Below the pieces are notes generated by a model. That model did not search any database and was not told where the DNA came from. It saw only the letters and a program-made list of their open reading frames with translations. DNA of 62,569 bases from Seison nebaliae (lineage: Eukaryota): contig JALJEE010000946.1 in the NCBI GenBank assembly GCA_023231475.1, positions 1-62,569 of the forward strand, given 5' to 3'. A program made the translations under genes and the position numbers. Positions 51,880 through 62,569 of this stretch are shown piece after piece; the stretch's first letter is position 1, and each line of letters begins with the position of its first letter.

Positions 51880-54800
51880 TTATGCTTCGTTCTGACTGTT
51901 AATTAATTTTTGAATTCGTCGTTTTCGAACTTTCATTCTCTTCCTCACTTTCGTCGTTCCACTCTCGTTCTTTTTAGGGATTTGTTCAATCTCCTCAATC
52001 TTCTCTTCTGTCGTCACCAATTTCGATCCTTCACCATCTACCAATTTCCCATTTTCTGACGGTAACTTGTAATTGTGTAATTCTACCGAATTCTTCAAAT
52101 AATAATTCGATGGTGTTACTTCGCTAAAGAACTTATCCTTCTCATTCGTCTCGTCGAGTGTTGTCGCCTTTGAACTGAAACTTCTCAATGATTTCTTCTT
52201 TGACAAGTTACTGGCACTTCGAGATGAATCGGGACCATTCACCAGTTTGATATCAGAATAAGATTTAAATACTTTCGAATTCTTCTGTGGTGTTATCGTA
52301 TCAGGTGATTTATTTTGACCGAACTCTAAAAATTTCCCACGAACAATACTTGATGATTCACCACCAGCTACATTCCCTTGAACTGTCTCTTTTTTTTTCT
52401 CCCCTTTCTCTTCCTCCGAACCTTTACGAGCTGAATTAAATCGATAATATTCACTTCCCATACTTGGCAGTGTATCGGATTCACCCGATTTCGCTAAAAT
52501 TCGTCGCGACGTAATAATTTTCTTCGAATAATAAGTTGACGGTTGTTCATTATCCGAAATATCTGCCTTGGATTTATCAGCTTTCCATTTTTTATTTGTT
52601 TTTCGTTTCTTTTCTTTAGGACGGACTTGTTTGTCCGAACTCGATTTACCACGAACTGATCTTCCCCAACTCGATTTTCCATGACTTGTTTTACCTCGGC
52701 TCGATTTACCTCGACTCGTTTTTCCTCGACTCGATTTTCCACGACTCGATTTCCCACGAATTGATCTACTATGAACTGATTTACCATATGTTGATCTTCC
52801 TTTACTACGTTTTCTGTTACTTCGAACTTTACGAGATTTCATTTTCTTTGAACTACCTTTACTCGGTCGATTATGTTCTCCTAACGTATATCCACTCGGT
52901 CGATCAGGAAAAGTAGCGTCTTGAGTTTTTCTATCTCCCATGGATTTGGTGTCACTCGGTCGTTCTAAAATCGGCCCACTAGACCGATCGTTATGAACAT
53001 TGTCATGAGTTGGTCGAATAACACTACTTCTCAGTACACTCGTTCGAACTTTACTCGTTCGTATATGTTTCGATTTATCGTGTTTCGATTTATCTGGTTT
53101 CGATTTGTCGCGATTCTGTTTATCTACTTTCGATTTATCTACTTTTGATTTATCTACTTTCGATTTATCTACTTTTGACTTTTCTGCTTTGGATTTTTCT
53201 GGTTTCGGTTTTTCCGCTTTCGATTTTTCTGAATGAACATTGCTTGGTGGACCCTGATGTTGAGTTGGAGCTGGATGATGATTTACGACCAATGTTTTAT
53301 TCGACGGAATCTGACTCAGCTTACTAAATCGTTTCGAACTGACTTTATTGACGGAAGCGGAATATAACGGATTTAGGGATGATCGGTTTGAATAAGCAAT
53401 ATTTTTGTAGTATTTATAACCGGTGAGTGAAGAGGAGGTGGATGAGTCACGTTCTGAAATGGCATTAACAACGAACTTACTTACAGACGCTGTTCCAGTG
53501 GACATGGATCTTGATGGAACATAAGTACTAGGTCGTGGATAAATTTTTAATGGGGTCGAATCATTCTTATAATCTCCAACGAATAAATATGTTTTTCTCG
53601 TGGCTTCTTCCTTCTCTGATTTTTCGATGTCTTCCGTGGGAATTGGTTGGAATGATTCGGATGAATTAGAAGCAGATATTGCAGTTTCTGGATCAATTTC
53701 TTCCGTCTCATAAAAACTCGAACCATTCATATGATACATACTACTATATTTATTATAACTGACTTTGACAGCTTCTTGTGATTCTCCTCCTTCAACATCT
53801 TCTTCCGATTGAGCTCGTACTTCAGTGTTCCTATCACGTTCAATTATTATTCGTCGCACTGGCATATGTAGCAAATAAACGATAAGAATGATAAATAAGA
53901 TGAAAAAGAAAATGGAGAGTTGGAGTATGGTGAATTGGGAACCGATGAGTATTGAAGCACCAGTAACAAATACGACCAATAACGGTGCATAAGTGATTCG
54001 ACGACTAACGTAATCTTCATTCATTAATCGTGTACAATTATATCGAAGGTGAAAAGAAGTAATTAGTGTCACTAACAAATAACACAAGACGACCACACTC
54101 GCCAACAATATATAAATGGTGTTGTTGGATCGGAGGGAACCGGAAAAGAACCCTAAAAGAAATAAAGTACCGTTACCAAGACTGAAGGACCAAATAGTTA
54201 ATTTAGTATAAGGTGAGTCATATGCGGCGCATTTCTTTCCACTTTCACATTGACACACATGATTTGCATGAGGTTCACTTAGTCGACTGTAAAGTAATAG
54301 GTAACAGTGAGTTACAGCTCGAAATAAGAATGAGAGAATGATGAAAGAAACCATCACATGTGTTTGGATCCATAATCCCAATCCAATGCAAGCTGCTAAA
54401 CAAAGAAAAATGAAAGCAAATCGTATTTTCAAAGAGGTACGATAGCCGGCCAAAAGAAATATCAATTGTTTCCTCCCAATATTCTTCAACAGTTCATCGA
54501 TATAATTCGCCATCCATACTTGTTGAATGACTAAGGACAAATATGGGAAAAGAAAGCCAACGAATGCTCCTCGGTATAAAGATTTCTTATAAAGAAAAGC
54601 CCAAATTACGGGCGTCGTCGAATTAGTCAATATCCAGGGACACGTTACGGTCATTGAGACGATGAAGATCCCGTACAACGAAGTAGCGATAAGAATAGTG
54701 ACATTAACGGCAGCCCATTCGCCAATTTTCGCTTTCTGAACATAAACATGCTCATAGTCGACAAAGGCGTAGAGTGCTAGACCGACACTCGCCAACATAT

Positions 54801-55527
54801 TCGAATTGTCGTCAGGAAATGTGACACTCTTCGTCGGTTCTATCGTACTGCTGTAAATGAAAGTGAATGACAAGGACAAAATGACGACGATATTGATGGA
54901 GGAGAGTATTTTGGTGGAGTAGCATTTCAAATGATAATGGATGATGGAAAAGAATACCATGATGAGGAGGGTGAGGAAGAGCCACCAATTGACGAAATCC
55001 ATAATGAGAAATCGGAAGAGGTAAGGCAATTGTTTCCACTTGGCTTTGATATAGATCGATTTCCTCTCCACATAATTATTCATGTACATGTCAAACATTA
55101 GTGCACCAATCTGAATACTGACGATAATGACTAAAACTAAGCCTACAAATATTGAGTTGAATGGGATATTGTTATAGTCGAGAATGAAACTTATCAATGT
55201 CGTCCACATGAGAATGAATGATACGAGAGCTGAGACTGACCGTTGGAAGATTTTAAAGTGACATCTCTGGTCGTAAATAGCAAGCAGTTCGGAATGTATC
55301 GAATTTATGAGAATAACAAGAATACCAGCAATAATAAAAGCGATGAATGCGGATGAACCTAAAGGAAGTTATTGTAGTTTTAGAGGAACATAGTTTTAAT
55401 TGATGTATTAGTTGATGAATTAACCGGCATAATTAGCGATAATCTCTCCAGATAGCGAATAAATACCGACGCCAAACATCAGATTAATGACGTTGGAGAA
55501 GATATCGTAATTCTCCATCATCGACAT
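51880..55527 (-). CDS. Highly divergent cationic amino-acid-transporter-like (SLC7/APC) membrane protein with a ~660-aa basic low-complexity C-terminal tail
   Basis: An upstream exon (55527-55425), a 66-nt intron (55424-55359) and exon 2 give MFGVGIYSLSGEIIANYAGSSAFIAFIIAG...HSEL, matching the CAT TM1-TM2 pattern LGAGVYVLAG.VA...AGP....F.IA...YAE. YAFVDYE matches CAT YAFVGFD. Many TM segments, then a hydrophilic tail. The start codon is uncertain. Confidence 0.7.
52645..52800 (-). repeat. 15-bp coding tandem repeat encoding (RGKSS)n
   Basis: RGKSS RGKSS RGKTS RGKSS RGKTS HGKSS WGRSV RGKSS. Confidence 0.9.
53066..53230 (-). repeat. 15-bp coding tandem repeat encoding (KSKVD/KSKAE)n
   Basis: EKSKAEKPKPEKSKAEKSKVDKSKVDKSKVDKSKVDKQNRDKSKPDKSKHDKSKH. 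Confidence 0.9.
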
Positions 55528-55772
55528 TCTCGACACAATTCTCTTTGCAAAATTTCGGACGAATATTGATTTTAATTTGATTTCTGATTTCCATTTCAAA
55601 CTTTACATAGTCAAATATTCCCACTAATTCACTTCCGTCAAATGGAAATTTTCATTTTTCCTTTTCGATTTTCCCCGTCTACCACTCACCCCCTATTCGA
55701 ATCATTAGTTTTATTGGAACATTTTTATTAATCATTTTTATTAATCGCTCATCCAAATATTTCATTAACAGA

Positions 55773-57113
55773 ATGACAGAAAATCACGATTCAGTTCAAC
55801 CTCTCTTGAATTTGGTGAATTCGAACAAATCCGTGAAACATTCGGATGATGATGTTCATTTTCTTTTTCTTCTCCTCATCCTCATTCTTTCGAATTAGGC
55901 CGATTTCATAATGAAACGTATCGACAATCTCTCCCTCTGTATTCAAGGAGACGAGAGTAGTCGGAAATCCATCATCACTCTCCACGATTTAGGTGCCAAC
56001 GGGCTCAATCAGATGTTGCCCTTCTTTCTTCATCAAGATCTCGCCGTCATCACTCGACATCAATTCTCCATTATTCATGTGACGGCACCAGGTCAAGAAA
56101 ATAAGACGAGAACAATTTCCGAATTTCCGACGATGGATCAATTATCATCGAACATCTTCAAACTCATTCGAACGATGAAGTTCTCTCTCTTTCTCTTTCT
56201 CTCTTAAATTTTTGATTGAATTTTGAGTATTCAACAATATGTTGTTTTTGGGGTTGGGTTTGGTGCAAATGTTCTCGCACGTTTAGCTGTTAATATATTT
56301 TTTTTTATTTATTCAATTTATAATTTAAAAATTTTTTTTCATTTTTAGAAATACGACAACGAACGTTGTGTCGGTGCCGTTCTCTTTAACATCTCGTCGA
56401 GTAAATGTGGCTGGTTGGAATGGTACTATCAGAAATGGAATATTTGGTATCTCTTATCACACACATATACGGATGCCATCCATCAATACATTCTCTGGCA
56501 TCATTTCGGTAGTGTTGGAATTTTTGAAATTTCATTTTTCCAATTAAATTAATTTCACACATTTCTAGAGAACGATGAATGACAATCCGGAATTAGTGGA
56601 AGATTATGGATCAATTATTAACAACGAAATCAATCCCTACAATCTCGGACTTCTCATTCAAACCTATACACAGTTTTCCATTCGAATTATGCGAGAAATT
56701 ATCAATTATTTTTTAAAGACGGACCGATCTCAATATCGTTCGAGAAATGAAAGAAAACAACATCAAATGTCCCTCTCTCTTCATTATCGGCAATTTCTCC
56801 GATCATGAAGACGACACGGAATACTCATTCTCCCGAGTACCGTCTAATGAGGCGTCATTCATGAAAATACAAGATTGTGGAGGTGCTCCATTACTTGAAC
56901 AACCGGAACAAGTGGCCGAAGCATTCCGACTCTTCTTACAAGGACTGGGATTCCGTTAGTTTTTCTTTCTTTTCTCATTCCATCAGTCTTACGATAGTGA
57001 CTAAAATGAGTGTGACGGAACATACCATTCCTCATCGACGGGGGACCATACCAGAAATAAGTACCGACCATCAATCCTCATCGAAGTCGGGCGAAAAAGA
57101 GATTTCTGTTTGA
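55773..57113 (+). CDS. NDRG: NDRG family alpha/beta-hydrolase-fold protein, 7 exons
   Basis: IITLHDLGAN, HVTAPGQE, FPTMDQL, FGVGFGANVLARLA, GWLEW, WHHFG, DCGGAPLLEQP..VAEAFRLFLQGLG, and C-terminal EISV. Six short GTT..AG introns keep the frame. Confidence 0.92.
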
Positions 57114-57393
57114 AGTTCGAAAAAATGGAAAAGATCGTTGTCATGGCAATGGAGAATGATTGACTGATTTCCATGAAGAGAATTGTTCACATATAACTCG
57201 ACTACTCTTCTCGCACTATCGAACAGAAGAAAATTCTTTTTCAATAAATTTTCTACTTTTCTTTAATTATGAATTGGACTTGATACTATATTCCATCGGA
57301 AAACAAATAAAATTTCGTTATTCTTTTCTCTTCATTTTCCATCCATTTCATTCACTAATTCGATAAGGAGAATTGTAATATATTGTGTCTGTA

Positions 57394-57428
<35 letters not shown>

Positions 57429-57929
57429 GTCATTTATTGACGATAATAGATGTGTGTAATGTTCTTTTAATAGTTGAGTAATGGGAATAGATGTGGCTTG
57501 AATGTCCGATCGAAGTTGAGTGGTGAAGTAAATAGGAAAAGAAAATAGAACAAATTAAAATCGATAATTTCTCAGTGGGAGATCAATTGATGTGTTCCCA
57601 TCAATAACAATAAACAAATTAAATTGTTATCGAGTGACAGTTGAAAACGTCGTCAACTCGCAAGACGAGGATGAGTGCTACATGTGGTGTGATCGCCTTT
57701 AGGAAATTTCCAGTCTATTGATATTCGTTTTATGAAATTGACAGAAAAAATATGAATTTTGTTGATTGAATAAACCTTGAGTGGGAGGAAAGCAACGAAA
57801 TAACAATCGCTCTTTCACATTCCACTATTGATCTATCAATTTTCTTAGTTAGTTTTAAAAAATTGTTAAGAAAAAATTTGAAACACGATTTCTTCTTTCC
57901 TCCCCGACAATTCTTTCCAGGAGCTATTT

Positions 57930-57932
<3 letters not shown>

Positions 57933-57962
<30 letters not shown>
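57933..57962. repeat. (CT)n microsatellite; an (AT)n/(GT)n tract also lies at ~57391-57428
   Basis: Direct observation. Confidence 0.9.
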
Positions 57963-57971
<9 letters not shown>

Positions 57972-58249
57972 TGAATGGAATTATTATATTATTTCTCATA
58001 AGAAAAGAAGAAGTTGTTTAATTTTTGAACGGAAAAGTGTTGTCTCCTCCTTCTCCTTCTCCTCACATACTTCCACCTCTTTCCTTTCCATCCGATCATA
58101 GAGAGTCTAAATTTCACTCCTTCCAGATGTTCCTTATCAGATAATCATTCCAATCTGCTCTTTCTCCTCATGATGACGATGATGAGTTGGAGAGCGTTGC
58201 ACACTGATTAAGTGGAGGCATTGCAAACGAAGAATGTGAAGAAGAAGAA

Positions 58250-61200
58250 ATGGGAAAAATAAAGAAAGTGCATCGTCGATCGAGTGCTCGTCGCTACAGT
58301 TCTCTCACCGTTGCGACCGATGACGAAATGCCGAATCGATTTCAATTATCAATTTCACTTCATCCACATCATTTACTCTTCGTCATCTTCATTCTAATTG
58401 GCGTCACAATTTCCTTCTCTTCCAATCTCTTATTTCGATCCATCGACTTCTGCTCAATCGACGTTTATTCAACTCTTCCAACTATCGACGGCACCGACGA
58501 TAATAACAATCGACTCATATCAAAATTTAACGAGAGAATTCAAGCCGTCAGAAATCAATATCTTCGACAATCAAAACAATTCATCAAAAAAGAATTTATT
58601 CATCCCGAAATACGGAAACATCGTGCATTCATTCAACGAATACATAATAAACCGATTCACATATCACACAAATCATCTCAATCAACATCGATCAATGCGC
58701 CATCGTCTCAAGGAAAATTGGGGAAATCCAAATCGATTTTCGAAGGAATTCGTCAAGAAGATTTCGTTCCTCGCATTGTTCCACTACCGAAAATTCCCAA
58801 TGATTCCAATAAGAAACCGGTAGCACGTCCCAGATATTTCGCCGACGAATTTCACATTCGACACACATTATTAATTGGAATTATGATGGATGTGAATCAA
58901 TTGTCGACATATGGAATCGCTCTCAATTTGACTTTGAGTCCGTTCGTCGATCGACTTATCTTTTTCGTGAAGAAACAAACATCCATCGATCAATTTCCTT
59001 CATCGTTGAATATCGTTCAATCGAAAGATGAAACGAAAACTTACGATCCGTTATCACTCATCGAATATTTATCAGAGAAGGCAGTGAGAGAATATCGATA
59101 TATTATGATAGCTCCATATAAAACCTTCATTAACGGTGAACGAGTTCCACTTTCTTGTCATGAAATATTTTTTAATTTTTTTTAAAGATTTATTCGATTT
59201 TACAGAAAACCAGTATCGCTTACAACGTTTATATTGGAAGTGGAATCAAATCATCATGTAATTTCCAGAATGGAATTATTTTTAGTTCGGTTAGAACACT
59301 TAATAAATTCGAATCATTAATTTCTTTTAAGAATTTGATACAAACAATTCAAGGGAATCTGGAGAAATGTCGACCAATAAATCAATCGACCGATTTTTCA
59401 TCAATAATCTATCGATGTCTCCGATTATCAGCACCGATGATGAAGTCATGTCAATCGTCGACTACCACCCCCTCCAATTTCCAATTCCTCGATTTTTCAT
59501 CTCTCAAAACTGATCAGATTAGTGAGAATCTCTTCTCTGTCAGCAATATGGGCAATGCAACGGAAATTTTAAAAATATTCAGGTTTTTCTCATTTGACTT
59601 CCACAAAAAACTTATTGTTAATAGAATGACAGCGAATTTACATCATGAACATGATAAAAATGAAAAAGAATTGTTAATTCGGACGATCGATAATGATATC
59701 GTTTGTTTCACTCCTGGTGGTTGTAATAGTTTCGACTGGCCACATTCTGTGAATTGGATGATGAAATCAGATAATCGTTTCGACATCCTCCGCTACCATT
59801 ATGTGAATGAAACGAATTATTTCTTTAACAATGAAAATAAGAATACGAACCTTCATGAACATTCGAATGTTTTTGATTTTCAAGAAATTATCGAATATGG
59901 AATTTCTAAGATTTATATGGAATATGTTCATCTTCCCAATTCGTCAGTTGTTCAATTTAATCGATTATCGAACTTGTTCCACAAATTCGACGTGTTACGA
60001 GGGAGCGAATATATTATCGATCTATTATTCGATTTGAAGAGCGACGAATTTATTCAACCGATTAACCGACGTCTACATCTATTCCGTCCACTTCAACAAC
60101 AACAGTATGTCACTCATATGCCTCTGTCGTCGGAGCAGGAACGTTTGTTCATCATTCTTCCAGTCCATCATGACGAGATCACACGAGCTCTCCAATTCGC
60201 TAAATCAATTTGTAATAATTTAATGGAATCGTTACGAGAGGAAAGTAGTAGTTTATCAATTCTTTTCGTTCTCGTCAATAGACAAACGACCGATGGGAAA
60301 CAATTCGAAAGATTCCGTCAAATACTTCCGGAAATGCAAAAGGATTGTCAACATGAATATGAGAATCGAACATTCGCCTATTTGCGACGAACGAAGAAGA
60401 ATCTGAAGAAATTGGACATAAAATTCCGTTTACATTTCCATCATCTCTCCATCGAAACGACGACGGAAAAATATCGTTTGGATAACGATTTCATTCTCAT
60501 CGATGCCGTCTCTAATTATTTCTCACTGAAATTCTCCAAATCTAAATTGAACTCGGATGAATTGAGAAAAGAAAAAGAGAAAATAATTTTGTTCTATATG
60601 AGAAGTAGCGCGACTCGTTTCCATTTAGAATTGATCGAACGAATCAAAAGTCACATCGTACCAAATCAAGTGGTCTATGTTCCTATTGCATTCTATTCAT
60701 TCTCACCATATGTCACTCAAATGGCGGGCGGAAATGATGACATGAATCCACAAACTCTACAAATGCAACAAGACGAATTGAGAATTGATAGTCGTTCAGG
60801 TCGTTATTTCTCCGAAGTCGCTTATCATTCAGCATTCACTCTTAATGACTATCTGGATGCAAAGATTCACTGTTCCGCCTCAAATTACACATTCGATGGT
60901 TTCGTTTATGGTCAGAAGCGAATTCGTGATTTTCTCGATTTCTTCCTAATTTGTGCTCCAAATCTACATGTGATGCGATCGAATGACGAACTCATCGTAC
61001 AATGGCCTCATTTCGGTCGACCTCTCTACTTCGATGCGAACCAATTATTCTTCAAAACTAATCGCCAGTCCTTCCTCTACAATCGATATCTAACGACAAG
61101 TTTCGATATGATCGACCACGATTCTACATTCATTTGCGACAGACAACGTCCGTGGATCGACGAAGACGAACGAGAAGCATGTAATCAACTACATCTAAAA

Positions 61201-61257
61201 TCTTTGGGGACGAAAACCCAGCTAGGTATGGCTATGTTTCGCAATCGTCTACTCTGA
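58250..61257 (+). CDS. CHPF: Chondroitin polymerizing factor (chondroitin sulfate synthase 2) homolog
   Basis: Type II TM anchor, FVPRIVP...RPRYFADEF.IR..LLIG, WP.SV......NRFDILRY, FDVLRGSEYIIDL, RRLHLFRPL, QVVYVPIAF, LHVMR, and C-terminal SLGTKTQLGMAMF. At least two short introns (~59144-59187, ~59290-59331). Confidence 0.88.
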
Positions 61258-61535
61258 TCTCTTCAATCGACCACCCACTTCCTTCAACATCAACCAATTT
61301 TTCTTTTTTTTACAATAAAAACATAGTTTAAATATAAATGTATAATCAATTTCATAATCAAGTAGTACAGCTCTATTCAAGAGTAATTGGACAAAATTCG
61401 ATTTTTTAAATGCTCATAACTTATTTCAAATAGAATTTTATGCGTAAAAGAGCATAGCCTTCGATAGCCCTGTTCAAGCTCTTTCTAATAGTCGTAACTT
61501 CCGGAAACATAAATGTAAAATTCGGTCTCAAATAA

Positions 61536-61594
61536 TCGATTAATCAACAAACTTCATTGCTCTCTATTTTTGAGATTCGAAAATCACATTTTAA
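61536..61594 (-). repeat. Interspersed repeat, copy 2 (partner at ~10866-10924)
   Basis: Near-identical reverse complement of copy 1. Confidence 0.8.
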
Positions 61595-61777
61595 GTGGTT
61601 AAGGTTAAACAAAATTTTGATCTAACAATTGTACTTGTTATTTGTAAGGAAAATATTCGGTTTCAGCATGAAACATCGGTACAGCATATTAAAAAAAAAT
61701 TTTTAAATGCCCAATAATTACATAATTATTGTTTGTCTATAGCATGTGTAAGTGAGGGCTTACAAGAAGGATGTTAG

Positions 61778-62569
61778 GTCGAACGTGGTTCTTACGTTAG
61801 TTCAAATATATTCTATCCAGAAAACTACGGAAATATATACAATCCATTGGATGTAGCAAAAAGAGAGAATTGTTTCACTTTCGTTCTCTTCATTGATCAT
61901 ATTACGAATATTCCTGAAATAGCCACCGTATTGAAGGTGACGGGCACCATTTTGAATGGTGGAAATGATTTCAATGCGATTAAAGCGAATAATAATCAAA
62001 CGTCCTTCATTTCTACCTTTCCTAATTTAGAAAACAGTTCCGTTACCCAACAATCATTCGGCTATCGTCAATTTATCAATATCAATGGAACTGAAATGAA
62101 CGAAAAATCCTTGTTACTTCTCCGAGTATACACTAGACATCGGTTTACGAAAAAGTTGATTGTTCTTGGTACAACATTAATGTCGATATTTACTACGGAT
62201 GAAAATTGTCGTGATATATTTGGTGATATATTTGATAATGTAAATGGAAATTATCGATTTGGGCTATTTCCAACATTCATCAAAAATCTCCCGTCAATCT
62301 CGCATATGAACGAATTAAATATTTCAAAATTCCTTCTAAATCAGACACGTCCTATCCCATTAACACAACTATTCCTTCAATTATACAGCATCGATGAAAG
62401 TAAAAAAATATTGACAGATTATCCAAAGAAATCAAATACCATTTCCGATTTTTCCAAATTACCACCGTTTGACGGCGATGTCTATAGTCGACGAGCATTC
62501 ACCTCATCGTTTGACACGAGACTATACGACGATTATACTATTTGGATGGAGAAAAATGAAAATTTTATC
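61778..62569 (+). CDS. Partial gene running off the window end; uncharacterised, possibly C2/B9-like beta-sandwich
   Basis: Open frame of ~260 codons after a TTAG acceptor: FVLFIDHITNIPEIATVLKVTG...SLLLLRVYT...LIVLGTTLMSIF...NGNYRFGLF...IPLTQLFLQL. No stop before the edge, so it is absent from the ORF track. Start not located. Confidence 0.6.

Noticed and set aside
1..62569. Alternative genetic code, tRNA/rRNA/snRNA genes, prokaryotic operons or horizontally acquired bacterial genes
   Set aside because: Conserved proteins translate correctly with the standard code once introns are removed. No structured RNA gene was recognisable by eye (a covariance-model search is still needed). All identified genes are typical metazoan genes.

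Overview
AT-rich eukaryotic (metazoan) nuclear DNA, not prokaryotic. Genes are tightly packed, often head-to-head, and split by very short introns (mostly 40-66 nt). This fits a compact-genome microscopic invertebrate such as a seisonid or other rotifer-like spiralian, which is an inference only. Recognisable genes: ATP5PO, ATP6AP2, a FAM187-like Ig membrane protein, SSR1, PTPDC1, TMED2, U2AF1, a small Mn-motif protein, a greatly enlarged Piezo (about 4,000 aa), CCT2, a divergent EIF2B4, NABP/SOSS-B, a GnRH/AKH-receptor-like GPCR, a cationic amino-acid-transporter-like protein with a long basic repeat tail, NDRG, CHPF, and a partial gene at the right edge. The gene-poor stretches (1-6.5 kb, 10.4-12.4 kb, 38-48.8 kb) hold decayed LINE, Penelope-like and pogo-like remnants and foldback MITEs. 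The most striking signal is the splicing code. Of 34 introns I reconstructed by hand, 32 begin GTT and none begins GTAAG or GTGAG. Five end in AAG or GAG. Canonical donors appear mainly at candidate Piezo micro-exons and an alternative start. The U2AF1 in the same window has Ala at the conserved Ser34 position that reads the -3 base of the 3' splice site. Exon boundaries are manual inferences; no database search was run.
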